From an uncultured delta proteobacterium (GTDB lineage: Bacteria > Myxococcota_A > Polyangia > Polyangiales > Polyangiaceae), in NCBI GenBank assembly GCA_963841435.1, contig CAWJCS010000003.1, forward strand, positions 1,344,001 to 1,408,000: DNA of 64,000 bases, in the 5' to 3' direction. Each line of letters begins with the position of its first letter. Positions within the stretch are counted from its first letter, which is position 1. The position numbers were made by a program, and so were the translations under genes. Under the pieces are notes generated by a model. The model ran no database searches and was not told where the DNA came from. It saw only the letters and a list, made by a program, of their open reading frames with translations. Shown here one piece after another: positions 35,547-45,026 of this stretch.

Positions 35547-36722
35547 GTGCACCCCGGCCCCCGAACAGAACCGACCGCGGCGTTCGCCCGAGCCGCCGGT
35601 CGTCCGAGGACGGTGCTCGACGTTTTCTCGGGCGACGGCGCGCGCGGCGCCTGGTTGCGGGAGCGCGGGGCACGCGTGACCGGCATCGGGGCCGAGGCGC
35701 CGCTCGCGACAGTCGCAAGGTCGAGCCACGACGAGGTGCTGACGCTCGATCCGGAAGGGGCGGGCGCGGAAACGGCGCTCGGTGAGCGACGCTTCGAGCT
35801 CGTCGTGCTCGGCGAGTCACTCGGTCGCTCGTCGGATCCCGCGGCTTTCACTGCACGCTACGCGCGCTACGTCGAGCCGGAGGGACGCTTGCTCCTGGCA
35901 GGAGAGTCGCGGCCGGGTGTCCGCGAGGCGCTCGAGCGAGCGGGCCTCGTGCCGATCACGCCGGGCGGACTCGTTGCGGCGCGCCGTCCACCCGCGAAGG
36001 GTCCCCTCTCGCTGACCGTCGGCATGCTCACGATGGACGAGGAGCCGAGCGTGGCCAAGATGATCGCCGCCATCCGCGAGCACGCTCCGGACGCGGGCAT
36101 TCTCGTAGTCGATAGCTCCCGCCACGATCGGACGCCCGAGATCGCCACGGCGCTCGGCGCCACGGTGCTTCGGCAGCTGCCGCCGCGCGGCCACGGGCCG
36201 GCCATGGAGCTCTTGATGCGAGAGGCGTCGCTCCGGAGCGACGCCCTCATCTACCTCGACTGCGACTTCACCTATCCACCCGCCGTGATCCCCAAGATCC
36301 GCGCCATCCTCGAAGCCGGGGTCGATGTCGTGAATGCGGCGCGCGTGCGCGAGCGACCGGCCGCAATGCCGTTGCCAAACTACGTGGCGAACAAGGCGTT
36401 CGTCGCCTGTGCTCGCGCTGTGCACGGCGTGCCCGTGGGCGATTTGCACAGCGGCATGCGCGGCTACCGCTCGGCCTGCATCCGTTCGTTCGCGTTCGAC
36501 GGCGAGGGTGATGCGCTCCCGATCGACACGCTGCTCTGGCCGGCGCGCGCCGGCTACCGCGTGGTCGAGATCCCGATCGACTACCAGGAGCGAGTCGGGC
36601 AATCGAAGCTCAGAAAGCTGGCTGGGACGGCGTGGACGTTCGTGCGCCTGGCCCGCATGCTCGGCGTCGGCGAGCGACGCGCCGACACCTACGAAGTCTG
36701 GTCGAGCGACAGCCGGCCCTGA
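35547..36722 (+). CDS. GT2 glycosyltransferase (polyprenyl-phosphate sugar synthase-like) with degenerate N-terminal methyltransferase-like domain
   Basis: VVDSS..D.T, YLDCDFTY, DLHSGMR, EIPIDYQERVGQSKL. Confidence 0.8.
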   Translation: MHPGPRTEPTAAFARAAGRPRTVLDVFSGDGARGAWLRERGARVTGIGAEAPLATVARSSHDEVLTLDPEGAGAETALGERRFELVVLGESLGRSSDPAAFTARYARYVEPEGRLLLAGESRPGVREALERAGLVPITPGGLVAARRPPAKGPLSLTVGMLTMDEEPSVAKMIAAIREHAPDAGILVVDSSRHDRTPEIATALGATVLRQLPPRGHGPAMELLMREASLRSDALIYLDCDFTYPPAVIPKIRAILEAGVDVVNAARVRERPAAMPLPNYVANKAFVACARAVHGVPVGDLHSGMRGYRSACIRSFAFDGEGDALPIDTLLWPARAGYRVVEIPIDYQERVGQSKLRKLAGTAWTFVRLARMLGVGERRADTYEVWSSDSRP

Positions 36723-36733
36723 CGGCACGCACG

Positions 36734-38383
36734 CTACTTCGACGCTCTGGCGTCGCTCCGCGGCACGTAGATGTCGAAGTCCTCGATCGTGGTGACAAGC
36801 TCGTATTTTCCGAAGACGAGCGCGGAAAGCGCCGGAAAGCCGAGGAGCTCTCGCGCCGAATCGAGCGAATTGCCCGTCACCGCGGGAAAAACGTCGGCGT
36901 GCTGCACGGCGATCGCCGCGGGGGGCGACGCGCGCAGATCGTGCATCAGGTCCTGGCGAGCGCGCTCGCGCTCCCACGACGTGCGCTGCGGCACGTCGTA
37001 GATGAAGCGCGTAGCCGGCCGGCGATCGGCGAGCCAGTAGATGATGGGCTCGAAGCCCCACACGAACACCGGGGCGTTCCCCTTCGTCCTTCCGCGCAGG
37101 TCGCGCGCCACGGCGCGATCGGCCGTGAGGCTCACGTCCGCCACCGTTCCCAGCTCCTCCTCGAGCTCGTCACGATTGCGATGAGACGAAAACAGGTAGC
37201 GCATGCGGAGCGCCGAGCGGTCCCAAAAATCCTGCGGGAGATCGGTCACGGCCTGGCGCATCGCCACGCACACGGCGATGAACGCCACGAACGCGAACAC
37301 GCCGCCGGCACCGCCGGCAAGGCAGCGACGCCAGAGCTTGTAGAGGCCGAGCCCCGCGAGCAGAGCCACGAGCGGCAGGGTGCTCCCGTAGTGGTAGGAA
37401 AAGAACTTTCCCTGCATCGCGATGCCCGTCACGTGCACGGCGATCACGCCGAGCACGAGGAACATGCCTTCGCGCTCCCGCAGGTTCATGGGCGTCGTGG
37501 TGATGGCTGCGATCACGCCGGCGGCGCCCAGCGCGGAGAACTTGAAGAAGACCTCGAGGAGCGCGTAGTAGAACATCCCGGCCGCGTGCTGGCCCTCCCA
37601 GCCGAGCGCCGTGTAGCCGGGCGTGAAGTCGCGCATCGTCCAAACGAGCGCGGCGAATCCGCCGCGCGCCGCGAACCAGGCCGCCGTGGCGAGAATCGGC
37701 ACCAAAAAGCCCGCGGAAATCGCGAGGACGGGTCGCAGGGCGGCACGCGACGAGTCACCTCGCTGCTGCTCCCGCGTCGCGAGGTAGGCCGCACAGACGA
37801 GCGCGGCGCCGCCGAGCGGTGGCTTGAGCAGCGCCGCACAGCCGAGCACGGCGCCCACGGCCGCGAACCGCCACGTCTTGCGAGCGCGCTTGCCCTCCAC
37901 GCCCGTGAGCACGAGCGCCACCATCGTCAGCATGCCGCCGAAAGTTTCGGGTTGCCCCGTGTGCCAGAACTCCATCTGGGCGTGCATGAGCGCCGCCAGG
38001 GCGCCGCCGAGGTAGCCGGCGGTGCGGCTGCCGAAAAACGTGTCGCTGAGCCGGGCCGAGCACGCGACGACGACGACGAGCCCGATCACCTCGACGAGGC
38101 GCGGCGCCAGCATCGTCTTGCCGAAGACGCCCTGCGCGAACGCGTACACGAGGTAGATGCCGGGGGGCTTGAAGTCCCAGAGATCGCGGTACGGCACGTC
38201 CCCCTTGAGCATGCCGTCGCCGATCAGCGCGTAGATGCCCTGGTCGCGACCGAACGGAAACAGCAGGATCTGAAGCGCCGACAGCGCGACGACGGTGACG
38301 GCCGCCACGCGCAGCCACCCATCCGGATCCCGGACGTGCACCTCGGGCACGACGTCCGCGACGGGCGGCAGGGACTCGGGCAT
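36734..38383 (-). CDS. GT-C (PMT_2/ArnT-like) membrane glycosyltransferase
   Basis: GRDQGIY, PYRDLWDFKPPGIY, multi-TM. Confidence 0.8.
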   Translation of the reverse strand: MPESLPPVADVVPEVHVRDPDGWLRVAAVTVVALSALQILLFPFGRDQGIYALIGDGMLKGDVPYRDLWDFKPPGIYLVYAFAQGVFGKTMLAPRLVEVIGLVVVVACSARLSDTFFGSRTAGYLGGALAALMHAQMEFWHTGQPETFGGMLTMVALVLTGVEGKRARKTWRFAAVGAVLGCAALLKPPLGGAALVCAAYLATREQQRGDSSRAALRPVLAISAGFLVPILATAAWFAARGGFAALVWTMRDFTPGYTALGWEGQHAAGMFYYALLEVFFKFSALGAAGVIAAITTTPMNLREREGMFLVLGVIAVHVTGIAMQGKFFSYHYGSTLPLVALLAGLGLYKLWRRCLAGGAGGVFAFVAFIAVCVAMRQAVTDLPQDFWDRSALRMRYLFSSHRNRDELEEELGTVADVSLTADRAVARDLRGRTKGNAPVFVWGFEPIIYWLADRRPATRFIYDVPQRTSWERERARQDLMHDLRASPPAAIAVQHADVFPAVTGNSLDSARELLGFPALSALVFGKYELVTTIEDFDIYVPRSDARASK

Positions 38384-38430
38384 GGCGGCAAGCTACAACA
38401 ATTTGACTCCGTCGCCCGCCCCGCCGAACG

Positions 38431-39192
38431 TCACCTTCGAGGTTGCTCGGCCCGTGACCATGCAGGAACGAGCCTTCGGGAAAGACCCGAAAGGACGAGG
38501 ACCACGAGCACGCCCGAGAGCACCACGAGCGCGTGCCGCGCGTAGACCGGGCCCGAGGCCACGCCGCGCAGCACGGGGACGACGAGCGTCGCGCCGACGT
38601 ACAGAGCGAGCGGCCAGCCGATCGCGGCACGGACCGGCGCACCGCGCCTCAGACACCGGTCGGCGAAGGCGTAGAGCAAGAGCAGGCCCGCGAGGTAGAC
38701 GCAAACCCCGAGAGCGCGGTGAAGCTCGTGCGGCGAAAGGCCGAGAACCGCTGCGAGCCGTTGCCCGAATGCGAGCCAGCTGGCGATGCGCATCGCATTG
38801 ACGAAAAGCGTCGCGCCGTAGGAAAGAGCGCCCGACGCGACCAGCCACAGCGCGGCCGTCGAGACGCGACGATGTCGGCGACTGAAACCGACGACGAGCG
38901 AGACGAAGGCGACGACGAGGAAGTTCACGCCGGCGCAGACGGGCGCGATGACGAGGCCTGCTTCCCGGGAGAGGTAGCCCGCACCGAGCTCGCGCTCGAA
39001 GGCGTGCCCGGTCACCCGTTCGACGAGCCACGCCGTCGGCGCGAGCAAGAAACCGAGCTCGTCGGCGCCGGCGCGCGAGCACGCGCCTTTCACCAGCGCG
39101 GCGCTGGCGAGCGCGAGCGCGGCGAGAACGAGATCCAGCGCGCGCAGCGGGCGCACGCCCGGGAGCGCAGGCCAGGCGAGACGCCCCGTCAT
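38431..39192 (-). CDS. xrtK: Exosortase K-like protein-sorting enzyme
   Basis: LLAPTAWLV, IAPVCAGVNF (Cys), NAMRI (Arg), LHRALG (His). Confidence 0.8.
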   Translation of the reverse strand: MTGRLAWPALPGVRPLRALDLVLAALALASAALVKGACSRAGADELGFLLAPTAWLVERVTGHAFERELGAGYLSREAGLVIAPVCAGVNFLVVAFVSLVVGFSRRHRRVSTAALWLVASGALSYGATLFVNAMRIASWLAFGQRLAAVLGLSPHELHRALGVCVYLAGLLLLYAFADRCLRRGAPVRAAIGWPLALYVGATLVVPVLRGVASGPVYARHALVVLSGVLVVLVLSGLSRRLVPAWSRAEQPRR

Positions 39193-41210
39193 CGCGTCAC
39201 CAGCGCGGCGCGGCGGCGCCCGCGAAGCGCCAAGAACGCTGCTCCGAGGAGGCCCGAGGCGAGCAGCAGGAAAAGCAGCCCCGGCTCGTCCGCCGAGCTC
39301 AGCGGCTCGCCGATCGCGCTGTTCGACACAGCGCGCGGCAGGGCCAGCGGCTGCTTCACGTCGTCGGCCGGGGCGCCGGGGTTTCGCACCGTGGTCGTCA
39401 CGGCGACGAACGACGTGTAAGCGGTGAGCAAATCATAACGAAGGCCGAGCTCGACGATCTTTTTCTTGGCCGCCTCGGGCGGCTCGCCGAACGCGAAATC
39501 CGAGAGCTCGGCGATGCGCGTGCGCGCCCAGAGCGGCCGGAGCGCGCGGTGCTCCGCGCGCGGCACGACCCGCGACACGTCGAAGCGCTGCCGGTAGGCC
39601 CCGCGCCCGCCGACACCCGACACTTCGATGGTACCGCGGGGGGTGCCCCGGTACTTGCCGAAGGCGATCACGGGCCGCGCCGCGAGCACGTCCGGCACGG
39701 CGCGCGGCATCACGTCGTACACGTCGAAATCGCCGTAGTCGATGCGCACGTTCGTGAGCACCGGAGCACGGACGTAGTCGCGGAAACGGTGCGCCGCCTG
39801 CGCTGCGTCGGCCTCGTTGGTGACGACGAACGGCTCCCCGAAGCCCGCGCGCGCGACGCCTTCGATGAGGTAGCGATTCACCGAATCGCCGATGCCGAAC
39901 GCGAAGGCATTGGCCTCTCCGAGGTGCTGGCGCACGAAGTCCATCGCCTGTCGGTCGGCGTCAACGAAGCCGTCGGTGACGACGATGAAACTGCGCGAGA
40001 CCCCGACCTCGGGCGACAGCGAGAGCGCCTGCTCGAGTGCCGGCAGGAGCTCGGTGCCGCCACCGCCGTGCTGCTCGTCGATGGCGCGCACGGCACGAGC
40101 GACGTTCTCGGGCGTCGCAGGAAGAGAGCGCGGCGAGAGCAGCTCGGATGCCCCCGCGAAGAGCAGTACGTCGAAGCGATCGCTCGGGCGCAGCCCGCCG
40201 ACGAGATCACGCAGCAGGGACTTGGCCGTTTCGAGCGGGAAGCCCGCCATGCTGCCCGAAACGTCGACGATGAAGACGTACTCGCGGGGCGGCAGATCGG
40301 CGTCCGTCACGCGCGCAGGCGGTTCGACCTCGAGCAGGAAAAACTTCTCGCTGCCCGCGTCGAACAGCGTGAGCCCCGACTGGATGGCGTCCCCGGCGAG
40401 CCGGTAGTCGAGCACGAAGTCGCGGTCGCCGCCGTGCACCTCGCTCGCATCCAGCGAAAAGCGCAAAAGACCCGGATTGTCGAAGCTCTGCTCGAGCCGG
40501 TGCGAGGGGCTCGTCACGTCAGCGAGGGGGATGCCCGAGGCCAGTGTGCCGGTGATTTGGAGGGTCGACGTGGGTGGCACGCCGGCGCGAAGGTACGGCG
40601 TCGCGACGAACTGGTCCGAGGGTGCGGCGGTCTTTTCGGGCTGGTTCGAATAGCGCGGCCCGACGACCGTCGGAAAGACGAGCTCGTAGCGGCCGTCCGT
40701 GGGGACGATGAGCTCGGTGTATCGGAGCGTCACGTCGATGTGGTCGCCGGGCATCACGTTGGCGACGCTCATCGTGAACACGTTCGGGCGCTCCTGTTCG
40801 AGCAGCGTCGCGCTCTTGCCGTCACGCTTGGCCGCCTCGAACGTCCGCTTGGCCTGGTCGCGCTCCTTGATCTTGGCCAAGATGAGCTGACTACCGATGC
40901 GCATCGTGAGCCCGTCGACGGCGGCGCGCGTCGATGCAGGAAAGACGTAGGTCGCGTTGATCGGACGCGAGCCGCGGTTTTCGTAGCGCTGCGTCACCGT
41001 CACGGCGGCGATGACGTCCGTGACGGCGATATCGACTTTGGTCGAGGCAAGCGGGAGCTGGTCAACGTTCGGATCGGCGTGCTCGACCCGAAAATACGGA
41101 GCCAGCGTCTTATCGGCCGAGTCCACCGACGCCAGGGCGCGGGGCGCGACGACGAGCAGCAAAAAGAGGGTCGAGACCGGGAGGACGAATGAGCGAAGCG
41201 ATGATTTCAC
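39189..41210 (-). CDS. VIT + vWA domain protein with C-terminal ADEP-TM-RRR sorting signal
   Basis: LLEQERPNVF, DVSGSM MIDAS, GGGTEL, VTDG, LLTAYTSFVAV; tail SADEPGLLFLLL...RGRRR. Confidence 0.9.
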   Translation of the reverse strand: MKSSLRSFVLPVSTLFLLLVVAPRALASVDSADKTLAPYFRVEHADPNVDQLPLASTKVDIAVTDVIAAVTVTQRYENRGSRPINATYVFPASTRAAVDGLTMRIGSQLILAKIKERDQAKRTFEAAKRDGKSATLLEQERPNVFTMSVANVMPGDHIDVTLRYTELIVPTDGRYELVFPTVVGPRYSNQPEKTAAPSDQFVATPYLRAGVPPTSTLQITGTLASGIPLADVTSPSHRLEQSFDNPGLLRFSLDASEVHGGDRDFVLDYRLAGDAIQSGLTLFDAGSEKFFLLEVEPPARVTDADLPPREYVFIVDVSGSMAGFPLETAKSLLRDLVGGLRPSDRFDVLLFAGASELLSPRSLPATPENVARAVRAIDEQHGGGGTELLPALEQALSLSPEVGVSRSFIVVTDGFVDADRQAMDFVRQHLGEANAFAFGIGDSVNRYLIEGVARAGFGEPFVVTNEADAAQAAHRFRDYVRAPVLTNVRIDYGDFDVYDVMPRAVPDVLAARPVIAFGKYRGTPRGTIEVSGVGGRGAYRQRFDVSRVVPRAEHRALRPLWARTRIAELSDFAFGEPPEAAKKKIVELGLRYDLLTAYTSFVAVTTTVRNPGAPADDVKQPLALPRAVSNSAIGEPLSSADEPGLLFLLLASGLLGAAFLALRGRRRAALVTR

Positions 41211-41431
41211 GGGGCGGAGTCCTTTCGGGACACCGCTTCTGCAAGCGCCGTGCAGAGCCGGCACCGTCGCCGTTCAACGCCTGAAATGGCGGCGTTGCAG
41301 GGCGAATCTGCACGGACGCCCCCGAGGCGGCTGCGGTGCGACGTGTCGCCACCGACACGCCGCGCGGTGCGCGCACCACGGGTCGGGCGTGACCGCCCTC
41401 GTCTCGGCGTGGCCGGGGTACAATCGTCTCG

Positions 41432-42391
41432 GTGAGCACGCGGTACGAGGAGCCGAGCCCGACCGACCTCGATGCCGCGAGCGCGGCCGGGCTCGAGCAG
41501 CTCGTCGAGCTCCTCGGGGGCGGGCGCGTGCTCGTGCTCACGGGAGCGGGCGTGAGCACGGCGTCGGGCATCCCCGACTACCGCGACGCCGAGGGTGCCT
41601 GGAAGCACCGGCAGCCCATGCAGATCCGCGAGTTTTTTGGCTCAGAGGCCGCGCGCCGGCGCTACTTTGCGCGAAGCCTGGTCGGCTTCGCTCGGCTCGG
41701 GGACGCGCGTCCCAACGCGGCCCACCGCGCGCTCGCCGCCCTCGAGGGCGCCGGGCTCGTGACGGCGCTCGTGACGCAGAACGTCGACGGCCTGCACCAG
41801 GCCGCCGGCAGTCGGAACGTCGTCGACCTGCACGGTCGCATCGATCGCGTCATTTGCGTCGGATGCCGCCGTGTGACGCCACGCGCCGAGCTGCAACGCC
41901 AGCTCGCGGAGCAGAACCCGAGCTTCGTTGCCCGCGCCGCGACGACGACACCGGACGGCGACGCCGAGCTCGGCGACGTGGACTACGGCGCGTTTCGCCT
42001 GATCGACTGCGCTGCGTGCGCCGGCGTTCTCAAGCCCGACGTCGTGTTCTTCGGCGAGGGCGTGCCTGCCGAGCGCGTCCAGAGCGCCATGACCGCGCTG
42101 GAGGAAGCGCGAGCGCTCGTGGTGGTTGGCTCGTCGCTGATGGTGTTCTCGGGCTATCGCTTCGCGCGCGCGGCGGCGCGGCGTTCGATTCCGCTCGTGC
42201 TCGTCAACCAGGGGCGCACGCGTGCCGACGAGCTTGCCACGCTGAAGATCACGGCCGAGGCCGGCGCGGTGCTCACGGCAGCCGTCCGCGCCCTCGCGAA
42301 CGCGCAGACGGGCGCGTCGTTACGCTCTGACGGAGAGGCGGCGCGCCCGGCGCTCGCGCCCCGTTCCGCTCGAACGCGCCAAGCAACCTAG
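41432..42391 (+). CDS. Sir2-family NAD-dependent deacylase (class II, SIRT4-like)
   Basis: [43 protein letters not shown]. Confidence 0.93.
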   Translation: MSTRYEEPSPTDLDAASAAGLEQLVELLGGGRVLVLTGAGVSTASGIPDYRDAEGAWKHRQPMQIREFFGSEAARRRYFARSLVGFARLGDARPNAAHRALAALEGAGLVTALVTQNVDGLHQAAGSRNVVDLHGRIDRVICVGCRRVTPRAELQRQLAEQNPSFVARAATTTPDGDAELGDVDYGAFRLIDCAACAGVLKPDVVFFGEGVPAERVQSAMTALEEARALVVVGSSLMVFSGYRFARAAARRSIPLVLVNQGRTRADELATLKITAEAGAVLTAAVRALANAQTGASLRSDGEAARPALAPRSARTRQAT

Positions 42392-43530
42392 CGAGGGATG
42401 GCGACCGTGCCCGTTTCGGGCCCGTCGGCCCCGAGCCGAAGATTGTTCGGCGAGTCCGCACCCAGCGGTTCCGGATGCTCGCTTTTTACGATCGCGAGCT
42501 CGGTCCAGACGGAAAGCAGGCCGTCGACGATCTCGGGGTCGAAGGAATTGCCTCGCTCCTTCTGGAAGAACTCGAGCAGCCGCTCACGGGGCCAGGCATC
42601 CTTGTAGCATCGAGCACGCCCGAGAGCGTCGTACACGTCCACGACGCCCACCACACGCGCCTCCCACAGGCACTCGCTTCCGACCAGGCCATCCGGATAG
42701 CCACTGCCGTTCCAGCGTTCGTGATGGCCGCGCGCCACGTCGGCCGCCAGGTCCAAGAACGGGTGGCTCGAGCCGCCGAGCAATTCGCCTCCAATTTCGG
42801 CATGCCGCTTCATGATGGCGAACTCCTCGTCCGTCAGCTTGCCGGGTTTCGTGAGGATCGCGTCGGGAATCGCGATCTTGCCGATGTCGTGCAGCATGGC
42901 GACGCGACCCAGCCGGGAGGCCTCGGCTTCCGACCTGCCGAGCGCAAGCGCGACGCAGCGCGTCGACTCGGCCATGCGGCGCACGTGAGCGCCTGTTTCG
43001 ATGTGGCGCAAATCCCAAGCATGGCTCAGCTGGTTTGCGAGATTGAAAGGCAATCGCTCGAGCAGCGCGCTCACCCCTTCGGGCGATGCAGTCGGATCGA
43101 GGTCGATGGCTGGCCGTCCGGCACGCGTGCTCGCATGCCGGGCGCGAGTGAGCGCCAGCGTTATTTCGGCTTCCAGCGTGAGCGGGTCCGCTGGCTTGTG
43201 AAGGTACGCCGTGGCGCCCCTCGAAAGGGCGCTTCGCATGTCCGCGGTGGCATCACTCGCCGTGAGCACCACGACACTGATGGCCGCACCGGACGCTCGA
43301 ATCGCACCGAGAACATCCAGCCCGTCTCCGTCGGGCAAGCTCAGGTCGAGCAGAACGACCTCCGGTGCGCGATCCGAGATCGCGCGAAGCGCTTCGGTGC
43401 TCGTGGCCGCCTCGACGACGGTGTGGCCGGCCCTCGTCAGAATGCGTCGCAGAGAGCGACGGAGCTCCGGTTCGTCGTCGACGACCAGGATCGTACCCGT
43501 CTCCGGGGATAGTCCGTGATGTCCTCTCAT
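42388..43530 (-). CDS. REC-HD-GYP cyclic-di-GMP phosphodiesterase
   Basis: N-terminal REC, ETGAHV.R, LHDIGK, HHERWNGSGYP. Confidence 0.9.
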   Translation of the reverse strand: MRGHHGLSPETGTILVVDDEPELRRSLRRILTRAGHTVVEAATSTEALRAISDRAPEVVLLDLSLPDGDGLDVLGAIRASGAAISVVVLTASDATADMRSALSRGATAYLHKPADPLTLEAEITLALTRARHASTRAGRPAIDLDPTASPEGVSALLERLPFNLANQLSHAWDLRHIETGAHVRRMAESTRCVALALGRSEAEASRLGRVAMLHDIGKIAIPDAILTKPGKLTDEEFAIMKRHAEIGGELLGGSSHPFLDLAADVARGHHERWNGSGYPDGLVGSECLWEARVVGVVDVYDALGRARCYKDAWPRERLLEFFQKERGNSFDPEIVDGLLSVWTELAIVKSEHPEPLGADSPNNLRLGADGPETGTVAIPR

Positions 43531-43840
43531 TCGAAACAGTCGCGCTCCCTCCGGTCGAGATGCCCGTCTTCGACGCGGCCGAAGACCCTCCAGGATAGCC
43601 CTCACCGCTCAGCATGGGTATCTTCTCCCAGGAGGCCCGCGTGAAGAACGCGCCGAAGGCTGGCTGGGGCGCCCGCACCGCCGGCTAAGCGTCTAAATCA
43701 ATTGAAGTATTCAGCCGGTCGTCTCCCTGCTTCAGTCGTCGGCGGTCGCGACCACGGCGGCACTCGCGAGCGCCGCACTCGGGTCCTTCGCGCAAGGCCG
43801 CGCCAAGGCCCGCGGAGCCGTCACGAGCGCAGACGCCCGC

Positions 43841-45026
43841 CTACCAGCCAAATGACGGGAAAGGCTTACCGGGCTTGGCGAGGAGATAGCCCTGCAACAG
43901 GTCGACGCCGGCATGGACGAGAGCCTCGCGTTCTTCGATGGTCTCGATGCCCTCGGCCACGACCGACATGCCGAGATCTTTGCAAAGGGTCGTCATCGAC
44001 CGCACCAACTTCTCCTTCACGGGGTTCTTGTCAACGCCGCGAATCAGAGACATGTCGAGCTTCACGAACTCTGGCTCCAGCGTTGCGAAGCTCGTGAGGC
44101 CGGCATAGCCGGCACCGAGATCATCGATGGCAATGCGAAACCCCAGACCCCTGAGCTCCGCGATCACCGCGCGGAACGTCCTTCACCTCGTCCAGCGCGA
44201 CGCGCTCCGTGACTTCCAAGACCACACGCTTGGCGACGAGGGAAAGTGGAGCGTCCGGCGAGCGGAGCGTTGGGTCTAGGAGATCGTGGGCATGGAGGTT
44301 GACGAAGAAGACGCAGGATGGCGCCGCGTCCGTCATGCTGCAGCACGCGAGCGCGCGCACACTCTGCCCGAGCTCGTGCAGGCGCCCCAGGCGTTCCGCC
44401 GCGTCCAGAACGGCCGCCGGGTGAGGCAACGACGCCTCTTCGCTCCGCAGCAACGCTTCATAGCCGAACAAGGAGCGGCTTCCTGCGCTCACGATGGGTT
44501 GATAGGCGAGCCACAGCGTGTCCAGAGCGCTTCGAAAGCTGGCCTCGAGTGCCGCGCGGTCGGCGTTCCCGAGGCCGCCATGATCCAGGAGCTCCAACGC
44601 CTGGCGCTTGAGCTTCGCGACCTGGTTCAGGCGCACGGCCTTCGCGACGGCGCGCTCGAGCTCGGTCATGTCTACTGGCTTGCTCAAATACAGATGGGCA
44701 CCGTGCGCGATCGCCTGCATGGCTGTCTTCACGTCGGGGACCCCCGTGACCAAGATCACGGGCACGTCGAGGTCTCGCTCGCGAATGATCTGTAAGAGCC
44801 GGATGCCGCTCATGCGCGGCATGTCGATGTCGCTGACGACGGTATCGAACGTGGTCTCCGCCAGCAGGGCCGACGCAGTGGGCCCGTCTTTCGCCGTCTG
44901 CACTTCGTAGCCCTCGGCGGTCAGAATGCGCGCGGTGATGCGAAGCAAGGCGTCTTCGTCGTCAACCAGGAGGATCCTGCCGCGCGAGTGGCGCGGCTCC
45001 ACGCCCATGCTCGGCACGGCGTTCAT
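43841..45026 (-). CDS. REC-EAL phosphodiesterase; +1 frameshift near 44175
   Basis: REC, YQPIV, GYEALLR, LEVTE, then DDLGAGY, KLD, AEGIET, QGY in the next frame. Confidence 0.88.

Noticed and set aside
41240-41255. sigma54 promoter upstream of the VIT gene (CTGCACGGCGCTTGCA on the minus strand)
   Set aside because: Lacks the invariant GG at -24.
42338-42350. ggcgcgccc as the distal att copy of the tRNA-Arg island
   Set aside because: Only about 9 bp of pure G/C, expected by chance.
41432-42391. Sir2 protein as an anti-phage NADase (Thoeris/DSR type)
   Set aside because: Full classical sirtuin motifs with zinc-binding Cys pairs and no defence partner genes.
43681-43718. AT-rich imperfect palindrome as an island boundary or att site
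   Set aside because: Inner and outer symmetry centres do not coincide and there is no match to the tRNA-Arg 3' end; probably a promoter.
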